Counted from the first letter of the stretch, positions 9,452-19,500 are shown. The stretch is 64,000 nucleotides of DNA from Candidatus Yanofskybacteria bacterium (GCA_003151795.1 PLYL01000008.1:3103-67102); one strand, 5' to 3'. Numbers and translations: made by a program. Notes: generated by a model not told the origin, from the letters alone.

Positions 9452-9820
9452 TTGTCAGATTTAGTCAAAATTGGTAGAGTAAAGCCCATGCATCGGCCCA
9501 TGCTTGTTATTTTGGGAATCGGAATTCTGGCCGCGATCGCGGTGGGGATTTTGATGTATTCGACCGATCCGTTTACGGCCAGCACGGGGATTAAGGCGCT
9601 ACTTTTTATTTCGGTTTTTATTTTGATTATGAGTGTCTCGGCCCTTGTGCTTTATGGAATCGCGGTGGCGTGGCATAACGGGATGCGATATTTTTTCGCG
9701 AACTATTTCGGCCCGGAAGAATCATATTTTAAATCAAGTTTTCAGGGCGCGGTATTGGTTACGGTAATAATGATGCTCGTAATCGGTCTGCGCCGATTCG
9801 GATTACTGCAATGGAAATAA
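9452..9820 (+). CDS. hypothetical membrane protein
   Basis: ORF with 3 predicted TM helices. Confidence 0.5.
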   Translation: MSDLVKIGRVKPMHRPMLVILGIGILAAIAVGILMYSTDPFTASTGIKALLFISVFILIMSVSALVLYGIAVAWHNGMRYFFANYFGPEESYFKSSFQGAVLVTVIMMLVIGLRRFGLLQWK

Positions 9821-10278
9821 AGGTTGAAAAAATACTTCAGAACAAAAATATAGGATATAAGTTAATAAAATTAAGCGAAGCTGCTTTTAGCGTGAGCGAT
9901 GTCATTAATAATTCAGGTGGTACCATCAACCCGAATGAGATTTGTAAAACAATAATCCTCAGGGGTAAAAAGTCTGGCAAAAAGTTTGCCGTCTTGTTGC
10001 GCGGTATCGATAGGCTGGATTTTTCTAAAGCTAAGAAGATTTTTGGGGAAGAAATGGCCATTGCCACAGCCGAAGAGGTTTTAGAAGCTAGCGGTGTTGA
10101 GCCTGGTGCGGTCTGCCCTTTTTTATTGAATGTGGCGCTGTTTATAGATAATAAAGTCCTGGACTTGGAAACGGTTAACTGTGGCTCCGGCGACCATTTA
10201 TACGGCATAGAATTTAAGTTGAAAGACCTTTTAAACAATTTAGATCATCAGACAATTGATATTTCTAAAACTCTCTAA
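9811..10278 (+). CDS. YbaK/ProX-like aminoacyl-tRNA deacylase domain protein
   Basis: similarity pattern to YbaK deacylase (…ICKTIILRGKK…GVEPGAVCPF…). Confidence 0.6.
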   Translation: MEIKVEKILQNKNIGYKLIKLSEAAFSVSDVINNSGGTINPNEICKTIILRGKKSGKKFAVLLRGIDRLDFSKAKKIFGEEMAIATAEEVLEASGVEPGAVCPFLLNVALFIDNKVLDLETVNCGSGDHLYGIEFKLKDLLNNLDHQTIDISKTL

Positions 10279-10290
10279 ATTTCTCAGGAT

Positions 10291-10319
10291 TTGCTATAAA
10301 AGTAGCCATGTGGTAGAAT
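10291..10319 (+). promoter_or_regulatory. putative promoter (-35 ttgcta, 17 bp, -10 tagaat) of a short ORF-poor transcript
   Basis: hexamers and spacing read directly. Confidence 0.35.
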
Positions 10320-10435
10320 TAGACCAATGTCAGCTAAATTCATAACAACTGCATATTGGCTCAGCTTGCACTTTACCCCTGCCAATCGGGAGTTGTTTAG
10401 AATTTCTTCGTAAAATATCGTTAGTCCAAGGATAT

Positions 10436-10472
10436 TCTCAACAACCCCTGATTCCCGGGGGTTGTTTGTTTG
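10436..10472 (+). terminator. intrinsic terminator-like hairpin (aacaacccc/ggggttgtt + tgttt); coordinates +/-1
   Basis: 9-bp GC-rich stem followed by T-rich tract, ~145 nt downstream of the promoter above. Confidence 0.45.
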
Positions 10473-10483
10473 AGAGGTGAAGA

Positions 10484-11386
10484 GTGCTTACAACAGAGAT
10501 GATTGGCTCGTCGCACGAAACCGCCATGAATTCCGGGGTTGTCGAACTCCCTGGTCGTATCGTTCAGAGTGGACCCGTGTTCTATGGCACATCGGATCCA
10601 GTTCCAAATGTTTCGGAACTAATCTTGACGGCTATCGTGGCAATTCTGTGCCAACAGCCAGCTAAGTTTTCGGTCTATCGAGGTGGTCGAACTGAATACG
10701 CGAAGGCCTCGGAGCGCTATTCCAGGAATTTGGTTGATGCGGGGATTGTGCCATCGGTGGATGAAGCCATTCGTATCGTGGGAGAGTGGTTCGGCCTGCG
10801 GATCAATGTCGTTTCCTTCGAGACGATCATGGAGGCCGGCGGTATATGGAATATGCCGTTGATTGAAATCGCACAGGCCATTCGAACTTTGCGGCCAAAG
10901 CCACTACGTTTTTGCTACATGCCCGAGATTTATGTACCAGACAGCCCAGCCAAAACGATCTACACCAACGATAAATGGTTGGAGAAGAATTCTCTAAAGA
11001 CAGTGGCCGATCTTCACGAAACGGGCGGCTGGTTATCGGGCGCTTCGATCCACTACTCGCTCCGGCGGTTCTCGGAGAAGTTTGCGGATCATATCCACGT
11101 CGTTCCATTCGGGACCAAAGGTGACGTTTATCGGATGTATGACGGAAGCGGTTCAAGGTTTGTTCTAGCTCCGGCTCTTCACATCCGTCCAGCAGGAGCG
11201 GAGCCAGAGTGGTTACCACTGGAATTGAGAACCTTCGCGGCTATCATTCAGCTCTGGCCAGAAGCTGAGCGAGTTCAGCTCCGAGATCGGCTTGTCTCGG
11301 AAGTCTCCAAGGGTTTTGAAGGAACGACCCAGAAAATTAGCTTGGAGTTTCGATCGGTTCAGGACTATCGAGTTACGATTGCCTAA
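10484..11386 (+). CDS. hypothetical protein (GC-rich relative to neighbours)
   Basis: 300-aa ORF, no recognisable motif. Confidence 0.55.
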   Translation: MLTTEMIGSSHETAMNSGVVELPGRIVQSGPVFYGTSDPVPNVSELILTAIVAILCQQPAKFSVYRGGRTEYAKASERYSRNLVDAGIVPSVDEAIRIVGEWFGLRINVVSFETIMEAGGIWNMPLIEIAQAIRTLRPKPLRFCYMPEIYVPDSPAKTIYTNDKWLEKNSLKTVADLHETGGWLSGASIHYSLRRFSEKFADHIHVVPFGTKGDVYRMYDGSGSRFVLAPALHIRPAGAEPEWLPLELRTFAAIIQLWPEAERVQLRDRLVSEVSKGFEGTTQKISLEFRSVQDYRVTIA

Positions 11387-11390
11387 CGAT

Positions 11391-11419
11391 TGTGGGCCGA
11401 CCCGTTCGGCCGGCCCACA
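11391..11419. terminator. hairpin tgtgggccg…cggcccaca between genes (terminator-like, no T-tract)
   Basis: 9-bp perfect inverted repeat immediately after stop of 10484..11386. Confidence 0.35.
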
Positions 11420-11434
11420 ATCAACTTATTAATT

Positions 11435-12154
11435 ATGAAAAAATCAAAAACAATTAAAGATAAACGAGCATTAATATTTACTGCCCACCCCGATGATCAC
11501 TTACTGTGTGCTGGAACATTAATGTTGCTCAAAGAAAAAGGTTTCAAAATAACCGAAGTTGTATTTACTGGTGGAGAACAGAGCGTATGGTTTGGTTCTG
11601 ATAATTCTGTAATTGATAAAGAGGCTCTAAAAAGTGAGCGAAAGAAAGAGATATCTAAAGCATCTCGTATTATTGGTATTGATGAGACAATATTTCTCGG
11701 AGAACCAGACAGTGAAGTCACAAGGAGTTTAAATCTTATTCACCGGATCATGGCTATTGTCCGAGAGGTAAGGCCGTCAATAATTTTCACTCTCCACTAC
11801 AATGATTATCACCCTGATCACCGAGCTGTGGCGACTATCGTGACCGAAGCGGTAGATAGAGCTTCGTGGTCAGTAGCTCCACATCTGGGAGAATCACACA
11901 GAGCGGATATGCTCCTGTACACTGATGGTGAATACCTATGTCGGGCAGATTTTCTTGTGGACATTTCTAAATTTGAACCAAAGATAGAGAAAGCGATGGA
12001 TGCTTATGGTTCACAGATGAGAGAGAAGCACAGACGATTGAGTCGTTCCATTAGGGCATACCGAGGATTCTTCAAGCGGTCTAATGTCGCTGAAGCATTT
12101 GAAATCGGCGAAAGATATCCGATTGATTTAGAATTATTTTCTCTATTGTCATGA
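11435..12154 (+). CDS. LmbE/PIG-L family N-acetylglucosaminyl deacetylase
   Basis: AHPDDHLLCAGTL and HPDHRA motifs; ATG 11435 preferred over TTG 11390 in track. Confidence 0.75.
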   Translation: MKKSKTIKDKRALIFTAHPDDHLLCAGTLMLLKEKGFKITEVVFTGGEQSVWFGSDNSVIDKEALKSERKKEISKASRIIGIDETIFLGEPDSEVTRSLNLIHRIMAIVREVRPSIIFTLHYNDYHPDHRAVATIVTEAVDRASWSVAPHLGESHRADMLLYTDGEYLCRADFLVDISKFEPKIEKAMDAYGSQMREKHRRLSRSIRAYRGFFKRSNVAEAFEIGERYPIDLELFSLLS

Positions 12155-13173
12155 AAAAGTTAAATCAAAAAATTCTGTTGGTCCACGACTACCCCGCACT
12201 ACATGGTGGAGGCGTTGTTCAGTTAAATTTAGATTTGGCAAAATCTCTAATCCAAAAAGGTTCACAGGTCACGATTGCCGTTCCAGAATATAACCCCGAT
12301 CTAAAGAAGTTGATAACAGAGAGCGACCAAATTTTGGTCAGCTTATCTAGTAAATTCAGAGAGATGGGTAAGAAATCGATTAGAATTGCTAGGGCTTGTG
12401 GTAAGCCTTACAAGGTTTGGTTACACACAAAATTGCCAGAAAATTATTGCGATTCTGAACAAGGAAAAGAAATGCAAAAAGTTTTATCTGATAAATTTTG
12501 CCTATCTTTTATTTGCGTTTCTCAAAGTGTCGCCGATGATATGGTCGCTAACTTTGGTTTTTCTTTGAAGGTAGCAGTTGTCTATCCGGGTGTATACATG
12601 GCTCAAAGATTTGAAGCTGACTCGCTGAACCTTGTGCTTAAAAGCGACGTTCTGTTCGCTGGAAGACTGTCTACTGAAAAAGGTGGCGATATATTTATCA
12701 GGGCTTTCAGTAAGCTTTTAAAGAATTCGCCAAATCTTAAAGGCGTGATTATTGGTGACGGGGAAGAAAAAAACTCGCTGGTTGAGTTGGCTTTTAATCT
12801 TGGAATTAAAAAGTCTATAACTTTTTTACCTGCGTGTAGCAGAGAAGAACTTTTCAAATACATCCGAAATACTCGTCTATTTTGTGTTTCATCTCGCACA
12901 GAATCTTTTTGTATAACATTAGCCGAAGCTCTTGCCTTAGGAGCTACAGTAGTCGCGCCAAACAGGGGTGGTCCGATTGAAGTATTGGATTCGGGAAGAT
13001 TTGGCTACTTGTTTAAACCAGAGGATCCTAATGATCTTGCTAGGATTCTTAAAGTGGCTCTATCTGAAAATCTATCAAGTAAGTTACTCCAAAAACTTTA
13101 TGTCATGAGACGATTTAATGCTAGTGTTCAGTTTATTCAGATGGCTAAGCTCGTAATATCGCCGAATTGGTAA
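12151..13173 (+). CDS. GT4 (group 1) glycosyltransferase
   Basis: C-terminal GT4 signature region (…FAGRLSTEKGGDIFIRAF…LAEALALGATVVAPNRGGPIEV…). Confidence 0.8.
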   Translation: MKKLNQKILLVHDYPALHGGGVVQLNLDLAKSLIQKGSQVTIAVPEYNPDLKKLITESDQILVSLSSKFREMGKKSIRIARACGKPYKVWLHTKLPENYCDSEQGKEMQKVLSDKFCLSFICVSQSVADDMVANFGFSLKVAVVYPGVYMAQRFEADSLNLVLKSDVLFAGRLSTEKGGDIFIRAFSKLLKNSPNLKGVIIGDGEEKNSLVELAFNLGIKKSITFLPACSREELFKYIRNTRLFCVSSRTESFCITLAEALALGATVVAPNRGGPIEVLDSGRFGYLFKPEDPNDLARILKVALSENLSSKLLQKLYVMRRFNASVQFIQMAKLVISPNW

Positions 13174-13270
13174 CCCGACCTTACCCCTGCCCTAAAAGCT
13201 ATGAAATTCTCTAGAACGTATGGAATTATAGTCCAAAAACATCTATACTATTGTTAACAATATACACCAT

Positions 13271-14401
13271 ATGAATATTACAGTTCCAGAAGATAATAAC
13301 CTGTTAGATAAAGTTGAGGCAAGGCAAGATGCTGAGGGTTTGCGAATCAAGCGATTCTTGGCGATGCCGGATCTATCGCGTACTGAAGGCAGTCCGATCA
13401 AGGAGGTTGTTGAACGGATTCTCGCGCTCCCTGATTTTGCGGGCTTGGATGTTATTGAAGTTCCGGAAATAGTGCCGACTGATATTCATTTTGATCTATT
13501 TGATTTTCCCGCCGATCATCCGGCGCGATCTAAATCCGACACGTATTACGTAGACGATAACCATATTCTTCGCACCCACACGACGGTGATGTGGTACTAC
13601 TATCTGCAGGATCCTGATGTTAAACGCCGTATGGCTGAGGGTGAGCCCGTAGGTTGTTTCTGTTTTGGCAAGGTCTATCGCAAAGATGAGATTGATCGGA
13701 ATCACATGAATGTCTTTCACCAGATTGACGGTTGGTATCTCGCCCCAAAAGATAAAAAGATAATTGGTGCGAAAGAATTAGAAGAGGCTCTCCGAGGAAT
13801 TGGTCGGGCGGTATTTGGTCCAGACACCCCGCTCAATATAATTCCGGATACTTTTCCATTTACTGATCCATCCCGTCAAATGGAAGTAGAAAAGAAGGGT
13901 GTCTGGCTCGAAGTCTTGGGGAGCGGTGTCGTGAAGGGGAGCGTGCTCGAAAAATTTGGCGTGGATTCTTCTAAATGGAACGGTTGGGCGTTTGGGCCGG
14001 GTATTGAACGTCTGGCGATGGTTTCCATGGAATTGCCCGATATTCGTTTGCTCTGGTCACAGGATGAGCGGGTGAAGAAACAGCTCAAGCTCGGCCAGAA
14101 ATTCAAAGAAGTTTCCAAGTACCCACCAATCGTTCGCGATATTTCGTTCATCGTCCACAAGGATTTCATCCCCAACAATTATTTCGATTTAATTCGCGAT
14201 ATCGGCGGAGATTTGGTGGAAGAAGTTCATCTTCTCGATAAATACGAAAACGCCGAAAAATTCGGGCCCGATAAAATCAGCTATACTTACCGTATCACTT
14301 ATCGCTCTATCGACCGCACTCTCACGACCGAAGAAATTGAGCCGCTTCAAGAAAGAGTAATCTCGGAAACCAAGAAACAGTTCCAAGCGGAAATCCGGTA
14401 G
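13271..14401 (+). CDS. pheS: phenylalanyl-tRNA synthetase alpha subunit
   Basis: class II aaRS motifs (FPFTDPS…; GWAFGPGIERLAM motif 3). Confidence 0.9.
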   Translation: MNITVPEDNNLLDKVEARQDAEGLRIKRFLAMPDLSRTEGSPIKEVVERILALPDFAGLDVIEVPEIVPTDIHFDLFDFPADHPARSKSDTYYVDDNHILRTHTTVMWYYYLQDPDVKRRMAEGEPVGCFCFGKVYRKDEIDRNHMNVFHQIDGWYLAPKDKKIIGAKELEEALRGIGRAVFGPDTPLNIIPDTFPFTDPSRQMEVEKKGVWLEVLGSGVVKGSVLEKFGVDSSKWNGWAFGPGIERLAMVSMELPDIRLLWSQDERVKKQLKLGQKFKEVSKYPPIVRDISFIVHKDFIPNNYFDLIRDIGGDLVEEVHLLDKYENAEKFGPDKISYTYRITYRSIDRTLTTEEIEPLQERVISETKKQFQAEIR

Positions 14402-14403
14402 TT

Positions 14404-15321
14404 ATGTATAAATATCATTTGCCAAAACCAATTATCATAAAGCTCAATGATGAGTCAGGTTTTCGGTTAAGACAAAAAGCGGCAGAACATATTTCCATAA
14501 ATCAAAATAAAACCGGCGCCGAGCGGGGAAGTTCCGAGGAGCAAGGCTTTGGGGCGCTCGCGGAGATGGTTATACGAAATAAATTGGGTATGCCGGAAAT
14601 AAATCCCAAAGACCATCCTTTAGGATATGACCTCCTACTCCCTTCTGGAATAAAAGTTGATGTTAAATGTCGCGGCGGAACATTACCGTTTAAGGAAGAA
14701 TACGAAAGTAGTGACGGTATCGCAAGGGAAGCAAAGCATAATTTCTTCGCGCGCCAAATGCATGACGAAAGACTGGACGCCGATATTTATGTTATGACCC
14801 ATCTTGAAACTCCCAGCAAAAGAGAACTCCCGGGTACGACCAGACAAAGAAAATGGATATTGTACGTTTGCGGATGGGTATCAAAAGAGCGGGTTGCGAA
14901 TGAAGGCGTTTATCTGCCGCGAGGCTCTCTCACTGAACAAGGAAGAACATGGTTTCCGTATCGCGGGCAAGAGATAGAATATTATAATCGTAATCTGAAC
15001 GGATTAGAGAAGATGGAAGATTTATTGAGCATTGAATTGCCAGACGTTGAGAAAGACAGAAATCATAAGGGTGATTTAAACTTAACTTCCGCCGACGCAA
15101 TAAGGATAGCCTATGATCTTATTGGCCGTGGAGTGTTAAACGAAAAACACCTTGCTTTTATTCAGAAGGAAGCGGGTATATCAAAAATCGTGAAACCGAT
15201 TCTGAACCCGAATCAATATTTTCACTTGCTGTACTGGCTTAAAGAAAAAGGCGCTCTGACTGAAGTAGAAATAAAAAAAGCGAAAGAGATCCTTAAAGAA
15301 GAACCTTTTGATGGAATTTAA
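14404..15321 (+). CDS. putative PD-(D/E)xK nuclease, candidate restriction endonuclease partner of adjacent methyltransferase
   Basis: 'GYDLLLPSGIKVDVKCRGG' fits D…(D/E)xK; AT-rich; convergent with MTase gene, 4-nt overlap of stops. Confidence 0.35.
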   Translation: MYKYHLPKPIIIKLNDESGFRLRQKAAEHISINQNKTGAERGSSEEQGFGALAEMVIRNKLGMPEINPKDHPLGYDLLLPSGIKVDVKCRGGTLPFKEEYESSDGIAREAKHNFFARQMHDERLDADIYVMTHLETPSKRELPGTTRQRKWILYVCGWVSKERVANEGVYLPRGSLTEQGRTWFPYRGQEIEYYNRNLNGLEKMEDLLSIELPDVEKDRNHKGDLNLTSADAIRIAYDLIGRGVLNEKHLAFIQKEAGISKIVKPILNPNQYFHLLYWLKEKGALTEVEIKKAKEILKEEPFDGI

Positions 15322-16433
15322 AATAGCCTACTTGTATTGGCTCTGTATTGAGCCGCCGCCTCTTTCGTTCTTTTTCTAGAAATCTCCACATAGTCAACCT
15401 TATGCTTTTTAAAGAGATAGACTTCTTCATTTTTCTCAATCCCAATAAATTTTCTTCCTTCCAAAACTGCCGAGACAAGAAAGCTTCCGCTCCCACAAGT
15501 ATTATCTAATACAATATCACCCTCTTTAGTAAAGGTGCGAACAAGATAACGGCCAAGCTCTATAGGTTTTTGTGTAGGATGAAAAACTTCACCTTCGCTC
15601 TCGGCGGTTTTAAAATAAACTACATCGGTCGGATACCTCTCACCGTTACTTTTTACCTCTACTGTTTTGAAGTCGCCGTAGCTTCCTGTTAGCTGATCTT
15701 TTCTGAATCCTTTATTGTACGGTTCGCCGTATGTCATTTGAGGATTGTAGATTGGCTGATTTTTGTAAAAGATACAAATGTCTTCGTGTTTTCGCAGCGG
15801 CTGTTTTTTTGCGTTCAAAAAATTTGTGGGCTTTGATTTAATCCAGGTAATTTTGTACTTGAAAAGTTTTGGTTTAGAGAGCATTAAGTTAGCCGTAAAA
15901 AGTCCTTGGCCCGTGAGAGCGATTGCCCCGTTATCTTTAATAATCCGCTCGTAGTGTGTCCATAGCTGATCCAGCGGGATCACGCTATCCCAATGATTTT
16001 GAGTAGTGCCGTAGGGTAAATCGCACAAAATCATGTCCACAGATTTTGAGGGTATATCCACCATTATTTCCAAACAGTCGCCTTTGATTACCTTGTTTTC
16101 AAAATCAGTGATTATTTTTTTGCTTTTCTCTACTTTTGCTCCTATTTCTTCCGCTCCCATATTTTTTCGTAGGTACCATAAGCAATAGGTATTTACTGGC
16201 AGGCCCTCTTGATTGGCGCGTTGTTCAAGTTCCAGATAAGAATCTGTTCCAAGTAGGCCACGTAATTCACTACTCCCAAAATTAGCAATATTTTTGTATA
16301 GATCTTTATTCCTTTCTCCAAAGGCTAAGATAAATCCCTTTGCTTTCGGGTTAACATCTTTGTAGTCGGGGAAATAGACTGCTTTGAAAGTTTGGTGACT
16401 CGGCATAGATATATTATAGTATGATACCCCCAT
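15318..16433 (-). CDS. site-specific DNA methyltransferase (N6-adenine/N4-cytosine, beta class)
   Basis: motif IV 'DLPYG' (DPPY variant) precedes motif I 'DNTCGSGSF'; 'HPTQKP' motif. Confidence 0.85.
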   Translation of the reverse strand: MGVSYYNISMPSHQTFKAVYFPDYKDVNPKAKGFILAFGERNKDLYKNIANFGSSELRGLLGTDSYLELEQRANQEGLPVNTYCLWYLRKNMGAEEIGAKVEKSKKIITDFENKVIKGDCLEIMVDIPSKSVDMILCDLPYGTTQNHWDSVIPLDQLWTHYERIIKDNGAIALTGQGLFTANLMLSKPKLFKYKITWIKSKPTNFLNAKKQPLRKHEDICIFYKNQPIYNPQMTYGEPYNKGFRKDQLTGSYGDFKTVEVKSNGERYPTDVVYFKTAESEGEVFHPTQKPIELGRYLVRTFTKEGDIVLDNTCGSGSFLVSAVLEGRKFIGIEKNEEVYLFKKHKVDYVEISRKRTKEAAAQYRANTSRLF

Positions 16434-16448
16434 TATTTATATATGGTT

Positions 16449-16457
16449 TTATCCACA
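16449..16457 (+). promoter_or_regulatory. consensus DnaA box TTATCCACA upstream of gyrB
   Basis: exact 9-mer; single copy seen. Confidence 0.3.
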
Positions 16458-16487
16458 ATCCTAGACAAAACTATCCAGTCCGAACCC

Positions 16488-16516
16488 TTGTTTGGCGGGT
16501 AGTAAAATGCTACAAT
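16488..16516 (+). promoter_or_regulatory. gyrB promoter (-35 ttgttt, 17 bp, -10 tacaat)
   Basis: hexamers and spacing read directly; start codon 15 nt after -10 (very short leader, no SD). Confidence 0.5.
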
Positions 16517-16531
16517 TATACAGTATAAAAC

Positions 16532-19500
16532 ATGGCTGATAAAGAGCTCAAAAAATCCGAATATACCGCCAAAGATATCCAAGTTCTTGAGGGGCTGGAA
16601 CCGGTCCGGAAACGGCCGGGGATGTATATCGGCTCGACGGGCGTCGACGGCTTGCATCACCTCATCTGGGAAGTGTTCGACAACTCGATTGACGAAGCCA
16701 TGGCCGGCCACGCCCATCATATCGAGGTTGGGCTTTTGGCCGACAACAAAGTTCGCGTCGCTGACGATGGCCGCGGCATCCCGACCGATATCCATCCTAA
16801 GACCAAAAAATCCGCCCTCGAAACCGCGGCCACGGTCTTGCATGCCGGCGGTAAATTCGAACAAGGCGCGTATAAAGTTTCCGGCGGTTTACACGGCGTC
16901 GGTTTGTCTGTTGTAAACGCGCTCTCGACCTGGATGAAAGCCGAAGTCTATCGCAAGCCGGATATCTTCGCTCAAGAATACAAAATCGGCAAACCGCAGG
17001 GGCCGGTCAAAAAAGTCGGGACCACCAAAAAGACAGGGACGACGATTACTTTCCAGCCCGACCCGACTATTTTCCCCGATACAACCTTCGACCTGCCGTA
17101 TATTCTTAATCACATTCGCCAGCAGGCCTACTTGACCAAGGGCGTTAAGATTACCGTGACTGATGCCCGTAATCCGATTATTGTCGCCGGCAAAGATGGC
17201 AACCTGCCTGCCGGCAGGCAGGGAAAACAGGAAGCGCCGTTCGATTACACGTTTTATTTCGAAGGCGGGATTATGTCGTACGTTGATTTTTTGAATCACG
17301 GCGAAGAGGTCAAAAACAAAAACATTTTTTATGTCGGTAAGGAACAGCAGGACATGTTCGTCGAAGTTTCTCTGCAGTATATCGAAGAGCTCACGAGCCG
17401 AGAATTATCTTTTGCCAACAACATCCATACGATTGAGGGCGGGACGCATCTGACTGGTTTTCGTACCGCGCTGACCAGAATTTTGAATGACTACGCGCGC
17501 AAGAACGGATTTTTGAAAGAAAAAGACGATAACTTGTCAGGCGAAGACGTCCGGGAAGGCTTGACGGTGGTGATTTCAATCAAACTTCGCGAACCTCAAT
17601 TCGAAGGCCAGACCAAAGCCAAGCTCGGTACAACCGAAGCCCGCAATGCCGTCGAGACCGTGATGACCGTTGAGTTCACGGACTGGCTGGAGCGTAATCC
17701 GAACGATGCTCGGGCGATTCTCGAAAAAGTTATCCTGGCCTCGAAAGCCCGTCTCGCGGCCAAAGCGGCTCGCGATACGGTGCTGCGCAAGGGCGCCCTG
17801 GAAGGCATGACCTTGCCGGGCAAGCTCGCCGATTGTTCCAGCCGGGATGCTTCGGAATCCGAATTGTTTATCGTCGAGGGCGACTCGGCCGGCGGATGTT
17901 TTTCGGGCGATACAAAAGTCGCTTTGCTTGATGGCAGGAACCTTTCGTTTAAGGAATTAGTAGAGGAGGACATGACTGGTAAGAAAAACTACTGCTACAC
18001 CATCAAAAATGACGGCAATGTCAGCGTGGCCCAAATTTTACATCCGCGAATTACTAAAAAGAACGCAGAAATAATAAGGGTTACTTTAGATAATAAAGAG
18101 GAAATTAGATGTACCCCAGATCATAAATTTATGTTGCGAGACGGGACTTATAAGGAAGCTCAATACCTAACAAAAAAGGATTCGTTGATGCCATTGTATA
18201 GAAGGTTGTCTAAAATCGCCGGTCGGATAACCATCAAAGGTTATGAGATGGTATATAATCCCGCCGAACATTATTGGCGGTTCACTCATGTTTTGGCGGA
18301 TCAATACAATCTTGCTCGAGATGTCTATACTCCTGAAGGTGGGGAAGCTCGGCATCACAAAGATTTTAATAAGCTGAACAACAACCCCGACAACTTGGTT
18401 CGTATGGGGAAACAAGAACATTTAATGTTTCATACGCAATGGCTTGAAAAGACAGCCCGAACACCGGAAGTATTAGAAAAACTGCGTAAGATTAGACAAA
18501 GTCCTGAATATCGCGCCAAAATAAGCCAGACCATGAAAATGCCAGCCATGCGGGCAATGCTTAGTGAACGCGCGAAGAAACAATGGGAAAATAAAGAATA
18601 TAAGGAATTTATGAATTCCAAGTTTTTAGAATTCTATAATTCCAATGAAGAATATCGAAAAACTAATAATAAACTTCTTAATAAAGCCCAAAAAACTTAT
18701 TGGGCCAGTAAAGACAATCGTCATGAACAGGCCAAGCGAGTTGCAGATTTCTTTGATAAAAATCCGGAATACCGAGCCTTGCTTTCTCAACAGGCGAAAC
18801 GGCAGTGGGACAATAAAGAGCTGGTGGCTTGGCGAAGTTTGGAGACTAAAAAACAGTGGACCCCCGAGTTCAGAGCCAAGAGAAAAGAGGCTTATAGCAA
18901 AACATACTTTACCCATACGATTAAATTTATGAAGGGTATTTTTGATCGGGATCATTTTCTTGATCAGTATGATGTCTTGAGAATTCAAAATAAAAGTCGA
19001 AATTTGTTACGAAGTGAAACATTCTGCCACAGGTTCTTTGACGACAATCCAACCGCCATGCTAGATGCGGTAAAAAACTATAACCATAAAATTAGGAAGG
19101 TAGAGAAATTAATTGAATGGACTGATGTCTATGATTTAGAAGTCTCTGGGACTCACAATTTTGCTTTGGCAAGTGGTGTCTTTGTTCACAATAGTTCCAA
19201 GCAAGCCCGTAATCGCCATACCCAAGCCATCTTGCCGTTGCGCGGGAAGATTTTGAATGTCGAAAAAGCCCGTCTCGACAAAATGCTCGCCTCGCAAGAA
19301 ATCCGCAATTTGATTATCGCTATGGGTACGGCCATCGCCGAGGAGTTTGATTTATCCAAATTGCGCTACCACAAGATTGTCATCATGACCGACGCCGACG
19401 TTGACGGCGCCCATATCCGGACATTGTTGCTCACGCTTTTCTATCGATATTTCCCGCAAGTTATCGCGGGCGGCCATTTGTATATCGCACAACCGCCGTT

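Noticed and set aside
10477-10490. Apparent 1-nt discrepancy between my manual indexing and ORF-track coordinates around 10477-10490
   Set aside because: Track coordinates verified as consistent at many other anchors; likely my miscount in one 10-mer block. Self-derived coordinates between ~10290 and ~11380 are therefore given as +/-1.
16433-16864. 143-aa minus-strand ORF overlapping the gyrB promoter and 5' coding region
   Set aside because: Overlaps the well-supported gyrB N-terminus on the opposite strand; no independent signals.
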